NCBI RefSeq assembly: GCF_964213995.1
Contig: NC_135808.1
Coordinates: forward strand, 12,958,001-13,022,000
Direction: 5' to 3'
DNA length: 64,000 nt
Source: Mustelus asterias
Taxonomy: Eukaryota
Shown here in pieces: positions 12,892 to 26,727 of this stretch (its first letter is position 1; every line of letters starts with the position of its first letter). Position numbers and translations under genes: made by a program. The notes under the pieces are model-generated. The model saw nothing but the letters and a program-made list of their open reading frames with translations. It did no database searches and was not told the DNA's origin.

Positions 12892-14917
12892 CTGGCAACA
12901 GAGGGATAAATAGCTGAAATGTAGTTTTAATGAACAGATTGGGTGGGAAAATAATGCAATCCATTCACAACAAGTGTAATAAATGGGTGCAATACATAAG
13001 TCATTAGAAAAATTAAATGTACCCACATTAGCATTTATTAGTATCACAAGTAGGCTTACATTAACACTGCGATGAAGTTACTGTGAAAATCCCCTAGTCG
13101 CCACACTGTTCTGGTGCACTGAGGGAGAGTTTAGCACGGCCAATCTACCCAACCAGCACGTCTTTCGGACTGTGGGAGGAAACCGGAACACCCAGAGGAA
13201 ACCCATGCAGGCACGGGGAGAACGTGCAAACTCCACACAGACCCAAGCTGGGAATTGAACCTGGGTCCCTGGTGCAGAGAGGTAGCAGTGCTAACCACTG
13301 TGCCACCGTGCTGCCCACTTAGATAATTGCCACGAAAAATCCTTGGCTCACAATTTTCAGCTTGTCTCATGAGTTATGTTCGATGTGACAATTATAATCA
13401 GGCAATTGAGGTTGGTCTGCTTGAATATTAACTCCCTGATTAAGGGCCAAATTGTTGGTCCAGTCAGGGAGCCCCATGCTTTGTACTCAAACAGGAGTGT
13501 CGCTTCCTCTGGCACTCCAGAGGTAGACTGCATACTGAGAGCAATCTGTATAGTGTTGTTGGATCTTGTAAATAAAGGACTTTTGATGAAGGGATTTCCA
13601 CCTCCGAGGACTTATTACAGTCAATTTGATATTTTTTATATCTCTTTCATTATTATGAAATACCAGGATATTCCCTATTAGCACTCCTGACACTCCCAAC
13701 TCAGGAAATGGTGTGGCTTTAGATTGTGATTTTTATTAACTGGCAACATGAAAGTTCGCAAGGTCACACGCAGGGTGGCAAAAGTATTAAAGCTGCCAAT
13801 CCCAGCCAGCATGTTCATCAGATATTCACCTGCCAGAGCAACTCGTAAGTTCGAAAGATTCCAGAGATTTTAAAGAGTTTGATAGAATGAATAAGAAAAC
13901 CAGCTCCTTTGGGAAACGTAGCTTACCAACTCTCAAAAAAGCCACTCAAGAATGAAAAAAAAGGATGAGCAGAAATGTTTTTACAAATGATCATGAAACA
14001 ACTGGGAATACTTTGCCACAGGGTAAGGCTGAGACATAAACTATTGCATCTCAATGGAAAATTGAGTAAACATTTGAAGGCGAGGCCAAAACATTGTGCG
14101 ATTTCAAGCAGAAATTAGATATAGCTCTTGAGGGAGATGAGGGAGTCCAAAGCTAGGGGTCATAGTTTGAGGTTATGTAAACCTTTTAGGACTGAGGTGA
14201 GGAGAAATTTATTCACCCAGAGGGTGGTGAATGTGTGGAATTCACTACCACAGAAAGTAGTTGAGGCCAAAACGTTGTGTGATTTCAAGAAGAAATTAGA
14301 TATAACTCTTGGGGGTAAAGGGATCAAGGCTTGGGTTGTTTTCTCTGCAGCAGAGGAGATTGAGGAACAACCTGATTGAGGTGTTCAAGATTATGAGGGG
14401 CATGGACAGGGTGGATAGGGAGCAGCTGTTCCGTTTAGTTGAAGGGTCAGTTACGAGGGGACATAAGTTAAAAGTGAGAAGTGGGAGATTTAGGGGGGAT
14501 TTGAAGAAAACCTGTTTTACAGAATGTACCGCAGAAAGTCGTTGAGGCCAAAATGTTGTGAGATTACAAGAAGAAATTAGATATAGCTCTTGGGGCCAAA
14601 GGGATCAAGGGATATGAGGGAAGGTGGGATCAGGGAATTTGATGATCAGCCATAATCATAATGAATGGTGGATCAGGCTTGAAGGGCTGAATGGTCTACT
14701 CCAGCTTCTATCTTCAATGTTTTTCTGAAGCAGGCAGAAAAGGCCACGAGGAGCAAAGGTAATTGCGTTAGATTTGAATTGGTTGAGCAATGATTTGGTG
14801 GCATGGTAAACTTAATAGCTCGATGGATTCCCATGAAACTGTGGCAAAATTGACCGAGCTCTCTCAATCGCTGTTAAATTCATCAATTCAATTCTGAAAG
14901 TATCATTGAACACTCAC

Positions 14918-15013
14918 CAGCTTGTTTCATCACTTCTCCAATCAGGATACTCGACACACATATCCCGATGATCCCACCCACTGGAGCTGCTAAACCAAAA
15001 ATGACACGGCAGC
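14918..15013 (-). CDS. Exon 7: TM4 (RCRVIFGLAAPVGGIIGICVSSILIGEVMKQA)
   Basis: tgatttgttcccag| ... |gtgagt; 96 bp, phase 1-1. Confidence 0.83.
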
Positions 15014-17296
15014 CTGGGAACAAATCAAACAGGAGAAGCTTGACCAGGACACGAATCCCCATCTCCCAAAAGGAAAAAGAAACTTTAAACTTGGAAACAA
15101 GAGGATACCAGATAAACTTGTTCAAATTTGTCTTGAGAACTTTAAAATGGAACTATAGTATTAACGGTACTGATTTTTAAAATGGGATTTAACAATTTTG
15201 CACTGGCTTTTCCTTCCGTCTGCCTCCAGCTGTGTTGCTGGGAAATGCAACTGATCGGGAAAAATTTTAAGGGGCATCTTGACAAATACATGAATAGGAT
15301 GGGAATAGAGGGATATGGTCCCCGGAGGGGGAGGGGGTTTTAGTTCAGTCAGGAAACATGGTCGGTATAGGCTTGGAGAGCCGAAGGGTCTGTCCCGGGG
15401 CTGTAATTTTCTTTGTTCTTTGTATTGATCATTCAGCTGCAATGAATACGGGAAAATCGGGTGGAGAAGGCTGTGTGCCTCTGAGACAGACCATGTGATT
15501 CGCCAGACAGAAAATAAGGTGAGCTCTCTCTCTTCCTCATTCTCCTCTATTTGCTGTGTCCCAGTGATCAACTAATCCTAACGAGAGGAACGTGAAACAC
15601 AAAGTTAGGAAGGAGACCCGAGGTCCAAGCCCCATTTCAGTGTCTTGAGCATACAGTCAGCTCAGTGAAGTACTGAGGGAGTGTGCGACACTGTTGGGGG
15701 TGCTATCTTTAGGATAATGGGCGGGATTTTGCAGTCTTACTCATCCTGAAACCGTAAAATCCCGACGAGGTCAACAGACCTTTCCAATGTCCACTCCTCA
15801 CCCGCTCCGATTCCCATGGCGGGCGGGACAGGAAAATCATAGAATCATAGAATTCTACAGTGCAGAAGAAGGCCATTTGGCCCATCGAGTCTGCACCGAC
15901 CACAATCCCACCCAGACCCTATCCCCATAACCCCATGCATTTATCCTAGCTAGTCCCCCTGGCACGGCCAGTCCACTTAACCCGCACATCTTTGTACTGT
16001 GGGAGGAAACTGGAGCACCCGGAGGAAACCCACGCAGACACGGGGAGAACGTGCAAACTCCACACAGACATTGACTGAGGCCGGAATCGAACCCGGGGAT
16101 CCCTGGCGCTGTGAGGCAGCAGTGCTAACCACTGTGACATCGTGCTGCCCCAAAATTCCAGCCAAGATGTTCAACTGAGGTCTCTTACTCCCACTCAGAT
16201 GAATGTATCACGTTATTTTAAGGCCAATATTGACCTCTAAAATATGACCCAGTCATCCACCTCATTGATGCTTGTTGGACCATTTTATATCTAATTTGGC
16301 TACTGTGGTCTCCTACTTTAAACAATGATTGTTCTTTAAAAAGGTCACCCTTGGTTGTGAAGTGCCTGATGTTGTGAAAGTGCTTTTAAGAATGCAAGTT
16401 GGTTCATCCAACTCAGTGGACAGCACTATCAGTCTAATCCAACAGTGATAGAAGATAATTACTCAACATAGAATCCCTACAGTGCAGAAGGAGGCCATTT
16501 GCCCATTGAGCTGGCACTGACTCTCTGACAGAGTATCGTACCCAGGCTCTCTCCCCACCCTATCTCTGTTAGACAACACAATTAACATCTAACCCACACA
16601 TCCTGGACACTAGGGGCAATTTAGCATGGCCAATCCACCTAACCCCCACATCTTTGGAGTATGGGAGGAAACTCCCGCAGACACATGGAGAACGTGCAGA
16701 CTCCACACAGACAGTGACCCAAGGCCGGAATTGAACCCAGGTCCCTGGCGCTGTGAGGCAGTTGTGCTAACCACTGTGCCACTGCACATCAATATACCAC
16801 ATCTCATTCACAAACCATGCCCTAACACATTAAATCCAGTCAAATTATCATAGAATCATAGAATCCCGACAGTCAGAAGGAGGCCATTTGGCCCATCGAG
16901 CCTGCACCAACAACAATCCCACCCAGGCCCAATCCCCATAATCATGGTATTTACCATGCCATTAAGGGGCAATTTAGCATGGCCAATCAACCTACCCGCA
17001 CATCTTTGGATTACAGCAATAGAATGGGACAAAGGAAACAGTTTGCTCAATGACAAGGCCATAAAGGTCTCCAGCAACACATCATTTGCTTTGGGAGGCA
17101 CAGTGGCCAACTGCATATCAATGGCAGGGCTTAAAGAGAAAGCATTAAAATGAGAGTTGACTCACAGGATGAGATTAATGGGACTCTTTAAAAGAAGCAG
17201 AGATTGCAAAGTGAAAGTTTAATTAAGGGTCTTAATATCAGGAAAGATTTTGATAGGAATGATATTCATAATAATACAACTGTTATCTGAACTTAC

Positions 17297-17416
17297 GTTT
17301 GGTCGACAAGATCTTATGCAACGTCTCACAGGTCACCATATTAAAGGCAAAATATATGGTTATTATTAGATGCACGAATAAAAGCACTAACAGAATCATA
17401 GCGCTTCCAGAAGGTC
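17297..17416 (-). CDS. Exon 6: TM3 (GPSGSAMILLVLLFVHLIITIYFAFNMVTCETLHKILSTK)
   Basis: ttgttcttttcttag| ... |gtaagt; 120 bp, phase 1-1; not in ORF track (too short). Confidence 0.85.
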
Positions 17417-18409
17417 CTAAGAAAAGAACAAAAGGTGAATAAAATTACACACATTCATTAGCTAAAAAAGGAATACAAATGAAAACTACATATTCCTTCA
17501 TGTAATTCTTCATTGATAGACTCATATATGTTTACAAGCAGATATGGCATCATTTGACCCATTAGATCCATGTCAGTATTTTGCAAGAGTAATTCTAAAT
17601 TAAGTCTCACTGCTTCACCGTCTCCCCATTTTTATCTAAAGTCTCACTGCCTCAGGGAAAAGGGCACTTCACCAGCTTTGAGTTCCCCTCAAAGTCCCGC
17701 AACTTTCTGACTGGAAATATATCACCATTCATTCATAGGGGAGGCAATGGCCAAGTGGCATTATCACCAGACTATTAATCCAGAAACTCAGCTATTGCCC
17801 TGGTGACCTGTGTTCAAATCCTGCCATGGCAGATGGTGAAATTTGAATTCAATAAAAAATATCTGGAATTAAGAACCTATTAATGACCATTGTCGGGAAA
17901 ACCCATCTGGTTCACTCATGTCCTTTTGGGAAGGAAGTCTGCCGTCCTTACCTGGTCTGGCCTACATGTGACTCCAGAGCCACAGCAATGTGGTTGACTC
18001 TCAATTGAGCTCAGGCAGCTAGGGATGGGCAATAAATGTTGGCCACCCAATGACGCCCATGTTCTAAGAATGAATAAATTTTTAAAAATTACATTCACGA
18101 TCACCGCAACTTCCCGCCTACCAGTCTTGTCAGAGTCCTTTCACCTCATGAACTGCAGTGGTTCAAGAAGGCAGCTCACCGCCACCTTCACATGGACAAT
18201 TAGGGCAATAAACGCTGGCCTAGCCAGCAACACTCACATCTCATGAATGAATTAGAAAGAACAAGTGCTCCGTGTGACAGAGTAATCTGTGTGCAAACAC
18301 TCAACATCAAGAAATTCTTGCTGTCTTCTCTCCACGCTCATTAGCAAGTATAAAGAGGTAACCTTCAGACTGATGACTGTTATTGACTCTCCTATTTGCA
18401 CTGTTCTCC

Positions 18410-19020
18410 ATGAGATGAAGTGGAAGTGTTTGAGAGCTTCATGTTTCTAGGTGTTCAGATCACTAACAATCTGCCCTGGTCCCTCCACGCCGACGCTACA
18501 GTTAAGAAAGCCCACCAACGCCTCCACTTTTTCAGGAGGCTAAGGAGGTTTGGCATGCCCGCTACAACTCTCACTAATATTTACAGATACACCATAGAAA
18601 GCATTCTTTCTGGCTGTATCACAGCTTGGTATGGCTCTTGCTCACCCCAAGACCGCAAGAAACTACAAAAGGTCGTGAATGTAGCCCAATCCATCACTCA
18701 AACCAGCCTCCCATCCATTGAATCTGTCTACACTTCCTGCTGCCTTGGCAAAGCAGCCAGCATAATTAAGGACCTCATGCACCCTGGACGTTCTCTCTTC
18801 CACCTTTTTCCATCGGGAAAAAAATACAAAATTCTGAGATCATGTACCAACCGACTCAAGAACAGCTTCTTCCCTGCTGCAGTCAGACTTTTGAATGGAT
18901 CTACCTTGCACTAAGTTGATCTTCCTCTACACCCTAGCTGTGACTGTAACACTACATTCTGCACTCTCTCCTTTCCTTCTCTATGAACGGTATGCTTTGT
19001 CTGTATAGTGCACAAGAAAC
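18410..19020 (+). mobile_element. Rex1/Babar-type LINE 3' fragment (further copies ~605-840, 3150-3720, 4615-4985, 5825-6660, 25860-26360, 55510-56540, 57910-58470)
   Basis: ESILSGCITAWYGSCS...HPGRSLFHLFPSGK...RLKNSFFPAAVRLLN C-terminus; other copies end in (aaatc)n tails. Confidence 0.85.
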
Positions 19021-20022
19021 AAAGAACAAAGAACAATACAGCACAGGAACAGGCCCTTCGGCCCTCCAAGCCCGCGCCGCTCCCTGGTCCAAACTAGACC
19101 ATTCTTTTGTATCCCATTCCCACTCCGTTCATATGGCTGTCTAGATAAGTCTTAAACGTTCCCAGTGTGTCCGCCTCCACCACCTTGCCTGGCAGCGCAT
19201 TCCAGGCCCCCACCACCCTCTGTGTAAAATACGTCCTTCTGATATCTGTGTTGAACATTGTTCCCCTCACCTTGAACCTGTGACCCCTTGTGTTCGTCAC
19301 CTCCGACCGGGGAAAAAGCTTCCCACTGTTCACCCTATCTATGCCTTTTATAATTTTATACACCTCTATTAAGTCTCCCCTCATCCTCCGTCTTTCCAGG
19401 GAGAACAACCCCAGTTTACCCAATCTCTCCTCATAACTAAGCCCCTCCATACCAGGCAACATCCTGGTAAACCTCCTCTGTACTCTCTCCAAAGCCTCCA
19501 CGTCCTTCTGGTAGTGTGGCGACCAGAACTGGACGCAGTATTCCAAATGCGGCCGAACCAACGTTCTATACATCTGCAACATCAGACCCCAACTTTTATA
19601 CTCTATGCCCCGTCCTATAAAGGCAAGCATGCCATATGCCTTCTTCACCACCTTCTCCACCTGTGACGTCACCTTCAAGGATCTGTGGACTTGCACACCC
19701 AGGTCCCTCTGCGTATCTACACCCTTTATGGTTCTGCCATTTATTGTATAGCTCCTCCCTACATTATTTCTACCAAAATGCATCACTTCGCATTTATCAG
19801 GATTGAACTCCATCTGCCATTTCTTTGCCCAAATTTCCAGCCTATCTATATCCTTCTGTAGCTTCTGACAATGCTCCTCACTATCTGCAAGTCCTGCCAA
19901 TTTTGTGTCGTCCGCAAACTTACTGATCACCCCAGTTACACCTTCTTCCAGATCATTTATATAAATCACAAACAGCAGAGGTCCCAATACAGAGCCCTGC
20001 GGAACACCACTAGTCACAGGCT
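19020..20022 (-). mobile_element. CR1 3' fragment inserted at the end of a Rex1/Babar copy
   Basis: ORF 19094..20017 with RT motifs. Confidence 0.92.
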
Positions 20023-22124
20023 TCCATCAGACTTTTGAATGAACGGTATGCTTTGTCTCTATAGCACGCAAGAAATAATACTTTTCACTGTATGCTAATT
20101 CATGTGGCAATAATAAATCAAATCAAATGTCACTTTCAGAAATGATTTGCTCATCATAACTTTATCATTGGACACTCACCAGTCTGTCCCAATACTTCAG
20201 CAAACAGAAAAGGCGTTGCAATGATATCTGCCACCGACGATACGATATTGAAAATTTCACGGCACACTGTGAATGAATAAAGCATTGGTCACACACGTAC
20301 ATGCACAAACCCTGACCTGTCTGTCTCCAAGAGTGCCTCTGGAGAATGCAACTGGTCAAGAATTAGTATTAGGGAGATTTCTTATTCCTGCACTTGTGAT
20401 TATTGAGTCAATCCTGTGTAATGAGTACAGGAGTCTTTAAGTGTATTTATTATGTCACAAGTAGGCTTACATTAACACTGCAATGAAGTTATTGTGAAAA
20501 TCCCCTAGTCGCCACACTCGGGTGCCTGTTCGGGTACACTGAGGGAGAATTCAGCATGGCCAATGCACCCTAACCAGCACGCCTTTCAGACTGCAGGAGG
20601 AAACCGGAGCACCTGATGGAAACCCACGCAGACATGGGGAGAATGTGTAGACTCCACACAGTCACCCAAGCAGGGAATCGAACCCGGTCCCTTGCGCTGT
20701 CAGGCAGCAGTGCTAACCACTGTGCCACCCAAAACCGTGTGGGGAGGGGCAGCTCCTCTGAGAGACCATTCTTGAAATGGAATTCTCGAATATACTTCAA
20801 TTCATGGATAGAAAATGAGGTGGCCTCCCTCGGGGATGTGCAGTGCTCTCCACCTGCTGGATCCAGCTGATCAGTTAATAGCAGGATGGAGAAAGAATGA
20901 CTACAACATTGGCTTTAAAGAGCAATTGTGGCTGAGAGTTAAGCATGCTGGGATATTTGGTCAAGCTATAATCAAGCACAGGTGCAAGCTGCAAAGTTAC
21001 TGAGAGCTGTGATCTGGTCTGTGAGCTGTGTTGACCAAATAAGAATAGTTGTTTGAACTAAGATTGACCCAACAGAGCCATGCCCGTATATGGGTTGAGG
21101 CAATGTGACCAACATGCCATTTAAACAAAGTTTTCTATCAATAACTCCATTGGCCTAGTTGGACAATGTGACCAGTTTCCGGTTACAGCTTTGTCTGGGT
21201 GCCAGAGAACTTCAGGTTGGGGCAGTTTGGAGATAAAAGAGACATTTCAGCCTTTTGTCTTCAGCGATAACTCAGATCAACCATGGCAAGAGTGCCCTGA
21301 AGAACATCTTCAGAGAAGGACCATGAGGATGGAATCTTAACTGGGGACAGACCTGGCCATTTTGTTCTAAATTGGATAGCATCTATTTTCAGTTAATGAA
21401 TTGGAGTTAATGTTCAGTTAAAGTTAATGTTCAGTAGAAGAGTTCAAGTGTTGCAACTGTCGTACGTTTGAGTTTGGTATCAAAAGTATTAAATTTTAAG
21501 TGAATCTGAGTCAACTCCTGTCGATTGGTTTGTCATATTTAACTGAGTGTTTGGAAAGAGCTGAAGCTAGGAGCCGAATAAGAAAGATTAACCCAAAGGT
21601 CATAGGTTCAAGCTTCATTTCAGAGACTTGAGAACGCCATCTAGACCAGCAGTTCAGTGCAGTATAGGGATTATTGCAGTGTCCGCTGTCATTTAGATTA
21701 GATGTTTAATTAGGGTCTCTCGTTTCCCTCTGAGATGAAGGTAAAAAGATCCCAACCTGATCAAAGGGAATTCCCAAAGCAGTTGGATTTGTTCACCAAA
21801 ATGATAGGTTTCATAGTCTTTGTCTGGTGCTAACACACCACCTGGCAAATTTATCCAATTCAAATCCAGGTGGTCATGGTGAGGTTAGAATTCACAACCT
21901 CTTGAGTTCTTAGCGTCGTACGTTGTTACTACACTGGAATATTTTCGACTGGATTTTTACACTCTGTTGCTGGTAGGTTTGAAGACATGGGGGTGGGGGG
22001 GGAGGGGGTTTTCAAAAAGCAATGCATGGTCTGCCCACAACCCACCCGTCAAGTCCTTAAGTGGCCCCTAAGGGCCTCACTCTGCCCCTGTCACTATTTA
22101 ACCCACAGCAGGAGGTGAACATAC

Positions 22125-22229
22125 CTTCAGTCTGCATCCAACACACACACGCAATGAAAAGAAAGAGAAATGAAAGCACTGGGGCAAACTCCAGGAAATG
22201 TTGCATCTTCTCTCGAACGAACTGGAACC
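22125..22229 (-). CDS. Exon 5: TM2 (RFQFVREKMQHFLEFAPVLSFLFLFIACVCWMQTE)
   Basis: cttattttctcag| ... |gtatgt; 105 bp, phase 1-1. Confidence 0.82.
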
Positions 22230-22261
22230 CTGAGAAAATAAGCAAATTGCTATCAACAATA

Positions 22262-22825
22262 TAATACATAAAACCTTGGTTAGGCTGTATTTAGAGTATT
22301 GAGTGCAGTTCTGGTCGCCACACTGCCAGAAGGACATGGAAGGTATGGAGAATGCAAAGAAGAATGTTGCCTGGTCTCGAGGGCATTGAATAGAAGGAGA
22401 GGTTGAATAAACTGGGATTGTTTTCACTGGAAAAAGGGAGGCTGAGGTGAGACCTGATAGAGGTCTACAAAATTATGAGAGGCAGAGACAGGGTGGATAG
22501 TCAGAAGTTTTTTCCCAGGGTGGAAGTGTCAATTACAAGGGGGCACACGTTCAAGGCGAGAGGGGGAAAGTTTAAGGGAGATGCGCGGGGGAAGTTTTTC
22601 ATGCAGAGAGTGGTGGATGCCTGGAAAGCGCTGCCAGAGGAGGTGGTGGAAGCAGGCACATGAGCAACATTTAAGAAGCATCTGGATGGATACATGAATA
22701 GGGAGGGAATAGAGGGATACGGACTAAGGACAGAAGGTTTCTTTTTTAGTTTAGTTAGGGCATCATGAAAGACACGGGCTTGGAGGGCCGAAGGATCTGT
22801 CCCTGTGCTGTACCTTTCTTTGTAA
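22262..22825 (+). mobile_element. CR1 3' fragment in the TM1-TM2 intron
   Basis: Degenerate RT C-terminus and 3' tail. Confidence 0.8.
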
Positions 22826-22977
22826 TACTTAAGCAGAAATTATTCATACAATAAAAGTAATCATGCTGAAAGTCGAGGTCCAAAATTTAATATTTAAAAG
22901 TTTCACAGGATTTCTAATATTAAACCGTAAGATTTAACTTTTTAATATAAAACTGTGCAAAGAACAATTTCTCTTAC

Positions 22978-23109
22978 TTTCTTTGCAGTATTTACTCCAG
23001 CATTGGGCTTTACTCAAAAAGGTTATAACAGCAGTTAACAGTGTGGCAACAGCAGTCACAAACGCAGCGATGGAAAATGCCACAGTGCTGTAGTGTATAT
23101 ATGCAAGAC
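22978..23109 (-). CDS. Exon 4: TM1 (GLAYIHYSTVAFSIAAFVTAVATLLTAVITFLSKAQCWSKYCKE)
   Basis: atttctatttcag| ... |gtaaga; 132 bp, phase 1-1, long hydrophobic run followed by basic residues. Confidence 0.87.
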
Positions 23110-24292
23110 CTGAAATAGAAATATTGTTTTTGTTACACTTTTAGCCAAACCAGATTGCAAAATGTAAACAGGGACATTTTGCCCCTCATAAACGTACCAA
23201 TTGAAGTCTGCTGTGTTAAACATTAATACACCTCCTGCGTTAGTAGCAAGGTCCTCCACGTGCTAGTTATCATATACAGATAGAATTAATAGCGATCAAG
23301 TATACAAAATCATTCTGAACAATTAAACAGGCCTGAGAATAAGACAAACATCATGTGAATACAGTAACATTACATAGTGTAGCCCGAGTACATTTCACCT
23401 TCTTCAAACCTGGGCTAAACTTCCTATCCCATAAGCCTATCACTAAAATTGTCTTCCCTCTTTCTCCACACCATTGCCCAACTCAACCCTAACGCCAGAC
23501 CAACTGAAACTCTTATGAATCTCTTAACCTACTTGCTGCATCACCCACGGAAAACACTTGTTGCAAACTTACTTACGACAGCATTTATAAAATTCCAACT
23601 GCTTAGCCTTTCACCCTCTATTCAGTACAACATATCTGGAGCTACTGATTTGACCAACTGCACCCTCATCTCCACGTTTGATGTCCTAGCCCCCAGTCAA
23701 ACCAATACTGTCTCTCACCCTGGCTGCTCACCCAATGTGGCTCGCATCTCTGCTCCCTTACAAATCCGAGGTATGCAGACTTGATCGGGTATGGTGGACT
23801 TCTGGCTTATCCATTCACTGCCAGATCTGCCTGGACCACGTAAAGTGCTGTCATCTCATTCCCATTCCAAAATCACCAGGAATGCAACTTTGACCATTGC
23901 CTGCTACAGTGGTTAGCGCTGCTGCCTCACAGCACCAGGGACCCAGGTTCAATTCCGGCCTCGGGTCACTGTCTGTGTGGAGTCTGCACGTTCTCCCCGT
24001 GTCGGCGTGGGTTTTCTCCGGGTGCTCCAGTTTCCTCCCACATTCCAAAAGATGTGCGGGTTAGGTAGCAAATTGCCCCTTAGTGTCAGGGAGATTAGCA
24101 GGGTAAATACGTGGGATTAAGGGGATAGGCCCTGGGTGGGATTGATGTCGCTGTAGACTTAATGGGCCGATTGGCCTCCTTCTGTACTGGAGGGATTCTG
24201 TGATTCTACTATTCTCTATTGTAAAACATCACTTAAAGGCCTCATTCTTCTCTCCTCCACCCTCACTTCATTTTCACCTGAAACAGATACAT

Positions 24293-24423
24293 TGGCCAAA
24301 ATCTTCAACCTCATCCGCATCTGGGATTCTCCAGTCCCGCCGCCGTGAACGGAGATTTGGCTGAGCGCCAAATTCTCCATTCTCACTGACAGCAGTGACG
24401 TAGGAGACCGGAGAATTCCGGCC
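24293..24423. mobile_element. Short MITE-like element with GGCCGGAATT-type termini (copies ~477-604, 8178-8300, 15720-16165, 37729-37865)
   Basis: Imperfect terminal inverted repeats, shared internal sequence, 3-bp ATT flanks in this copy (PIF/Harbinger-like, inferred). Confidence 0.5.
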
Positions 24424-24819
24424 ATTATTTTTAACTTACACTGCTTCCCAAATCAGAGTCGGCAGTAACATTTCACACGATAGGTATAGTTATCAAGGTC
24501 TTGTACGCTGGAAGATACAACCCTCCCCGCTTTATAGATTCAATGCTAAACTATCAATCATGTACTTAGGATGCAGTATAAAGTACACTCCACTCTGTCT
24601 CTGAAGTGACTGTTTCACCAGGAACAAACCGAATATTTTCTGCTTGCCACATTGAACATCTTGCCAGTACTCTCTGACTGCCACTGCTAACTGAAAAAGA
24701 AATGGCAGGAAAATGGTTCAAATTGTGCAATACCAGTCCATGATTTTCCATTCTCTCCCATGGAAATTTCAGATCATTTGTGGGTCAATCCATGTTTAAA
24801 AATGAGAATAATAGAACAC

Positions 24820-25732
24820 AATGGAGGTGTAGTGGACAGTGAGGAAGGTTTTCAAAGCTTGCAGAGGGATTTGGACCAGCTAGAAAAATGGGCTGAAAAA
24901 TGGCAGATGGAGTTTAATGCAGACAAGTGTGAGGTATTGCACTTTGGAAGGACAAACCAAGGTAGAACATACAAGGTAAATGGTAGGACACTGAAGAGTG
25001 CAGTAGAACAGAGGGATCTGGGAATACAGATATGTAATTCCCTCAAAGTGGCGTCACAGGTAGATAGGGTCGTAAAGATGGTTTTGGTACATTGGCCTTT
25101 ATAAATCAAAGTATTGAGCATAGGAGTTGGAATGTTATGGTGAGATTGTATAAGACATTGGTGAGGCCGAATTTAGAGTATTGTGTGCAGTTTTGGTCAC
25201 CTAATTACAGGAAGGATATTAATAAGGTTGAAAGAGTGCAGGGAAGGTTTACAAGGATGTTGCCGGGACTTGAGAAACTGAGTTACAGAGAAAGGTTGAA
25301 TAGGTTAGGACTTTATTCCCTGGAGTGTAGAAGAATGAGGGGAGATTTGATAGAGGTGTATAAAATTATGATGGGTATAGATAGAATGAATGCAAGCAGG
25401 CTTTTTCCACTGAGGCTAGGGGAGAAAATAACTAGAGGACATGGGTTAAGGGTGAGGGGGGAAAAGTTTAAAGGGAATATTAGGGGGGGGCTTCTTCACA
25501 CAGAGAGTGGTGGGAGTGTGGAATGAGCTGCCAGATGAAGTGGTGAATGCGGGCTCACTTTTAACATTTAAGAAAAACTTGGACAACTACATGGATGAGA
25601 GGGGTGTGGAGGGATATGGTCCAGGTGCAAGTCAGTGGGACTAGGCACAAAAATGGTTCGGCACAGGCAAGAAGGGCCAAAAGGCCTGTTTCTGTGCTGT
25701 AATGTTCTATGGTTCTATGTATGGTTCTAATG
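24820..25732 (+). mobile_element. CR1 3' fragment
   Basis: ORFs 24760-25526, ttctatg tail. Confidence 0.9.
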
Positions 25733-26457
25733 TTAAAGGTTGAATGCAAGGGATGTCACTGAAATATTATTTTTCAATCGGAAAGTAACTATCTGGATAA
25801 ACCCAGCAGGTCTGGCAGCATCTGAGGAGAGAGAAGCACTGTTAACATTTTGAATCCATCGACCAAGACTCTCACCAACTTTTACAGATGCACCATAGAA
25901 AGCATTCTTTCTGGTTGTATCACAGCTTGGGATGGCTCCTGCTCTGCCCAAGACTGCAAGAAACTACAAAGGTTGTGAATGTAGCCCAATCCATCACGCA
26001 AACCAGCCTCCCATCCATTGATTGTCTACACTTCCCGCTGCCTTGGCAAAGCAGCCAACATAATTAAGGACCCCACGCCACCCCGGACATTCTCTCTTCC
26101 ACCTTCTTCCTTCGGAAAAAAGATACACATACCAACTGACTCAAGAACAGCTTCTACCCTGTTGCCATCAGATTTTTGAATGGGCCTACCTTGCACTAAG
26201 TTGATCTTTCTCTACACCCTAGCTATAACACTACATTCTGCACTCTATCCTTTCCTTCTCTATGAACTGTATGCTTTGTCTGTATAGGATGGAAGAAACA
26301 ATACTTTTCACTTATACTAATACATGTGGCACTAATAAATCAAATCAAACCAAAATCAAATCAAAACTGTATTTTTGTCTCTCCTCATATGCTGCCAGAC
26401 CTGCTGAGTTCATCCAACATTTCCTGTTCTTGCAACTAAGTACCTGGGTTGACTCAC

Positions 26458-26727
26458 CATGAATAATAAGAGCGTATGACTTGGTCCTCTTGCTAACAGG
26501 ATTCTCCATGATGCAAGTATAGTTCCCGCAGTTTGACTTGATGGCTCTGGAAATAATCAATGTGCTGTTGTTTTGCACTAGTTGATATTGTTGGCCATTC
26601 GTTATCACTTCGTCATCTTTCCACCACAGAGTGGAACTCGCTGTCCCTGCAGATACTCGACAGGTCAGTTCAATGGTGGTATCCATGCAGGTGGAATTGC
26701 CAACAATCGAAGGTTCAGGAAGTGCTT
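26458..26727 (-). CDS. Exon 3: IgC2 domain (CD2/SLAM/CEACAM-like)
   Basis: tttatctcttcag| acceptor; EALPEPSIVGNSTCMDTTIELTCRVSAG...WWKDD...NNSTLII...KSNCGNYTCIMENPVSK...LIIH; |gtgagt; 270 bp, phase 1-1; canonical C-W-C plus YxCxxxNPVS. Confidence 0.92.

Noticed and set aside
13378-13619. Possible solo LTR (AATAAA ... TTACA end); a similar candidate at ~20930-21540
   Set aside because: No clear 5' terminus or TSD identified
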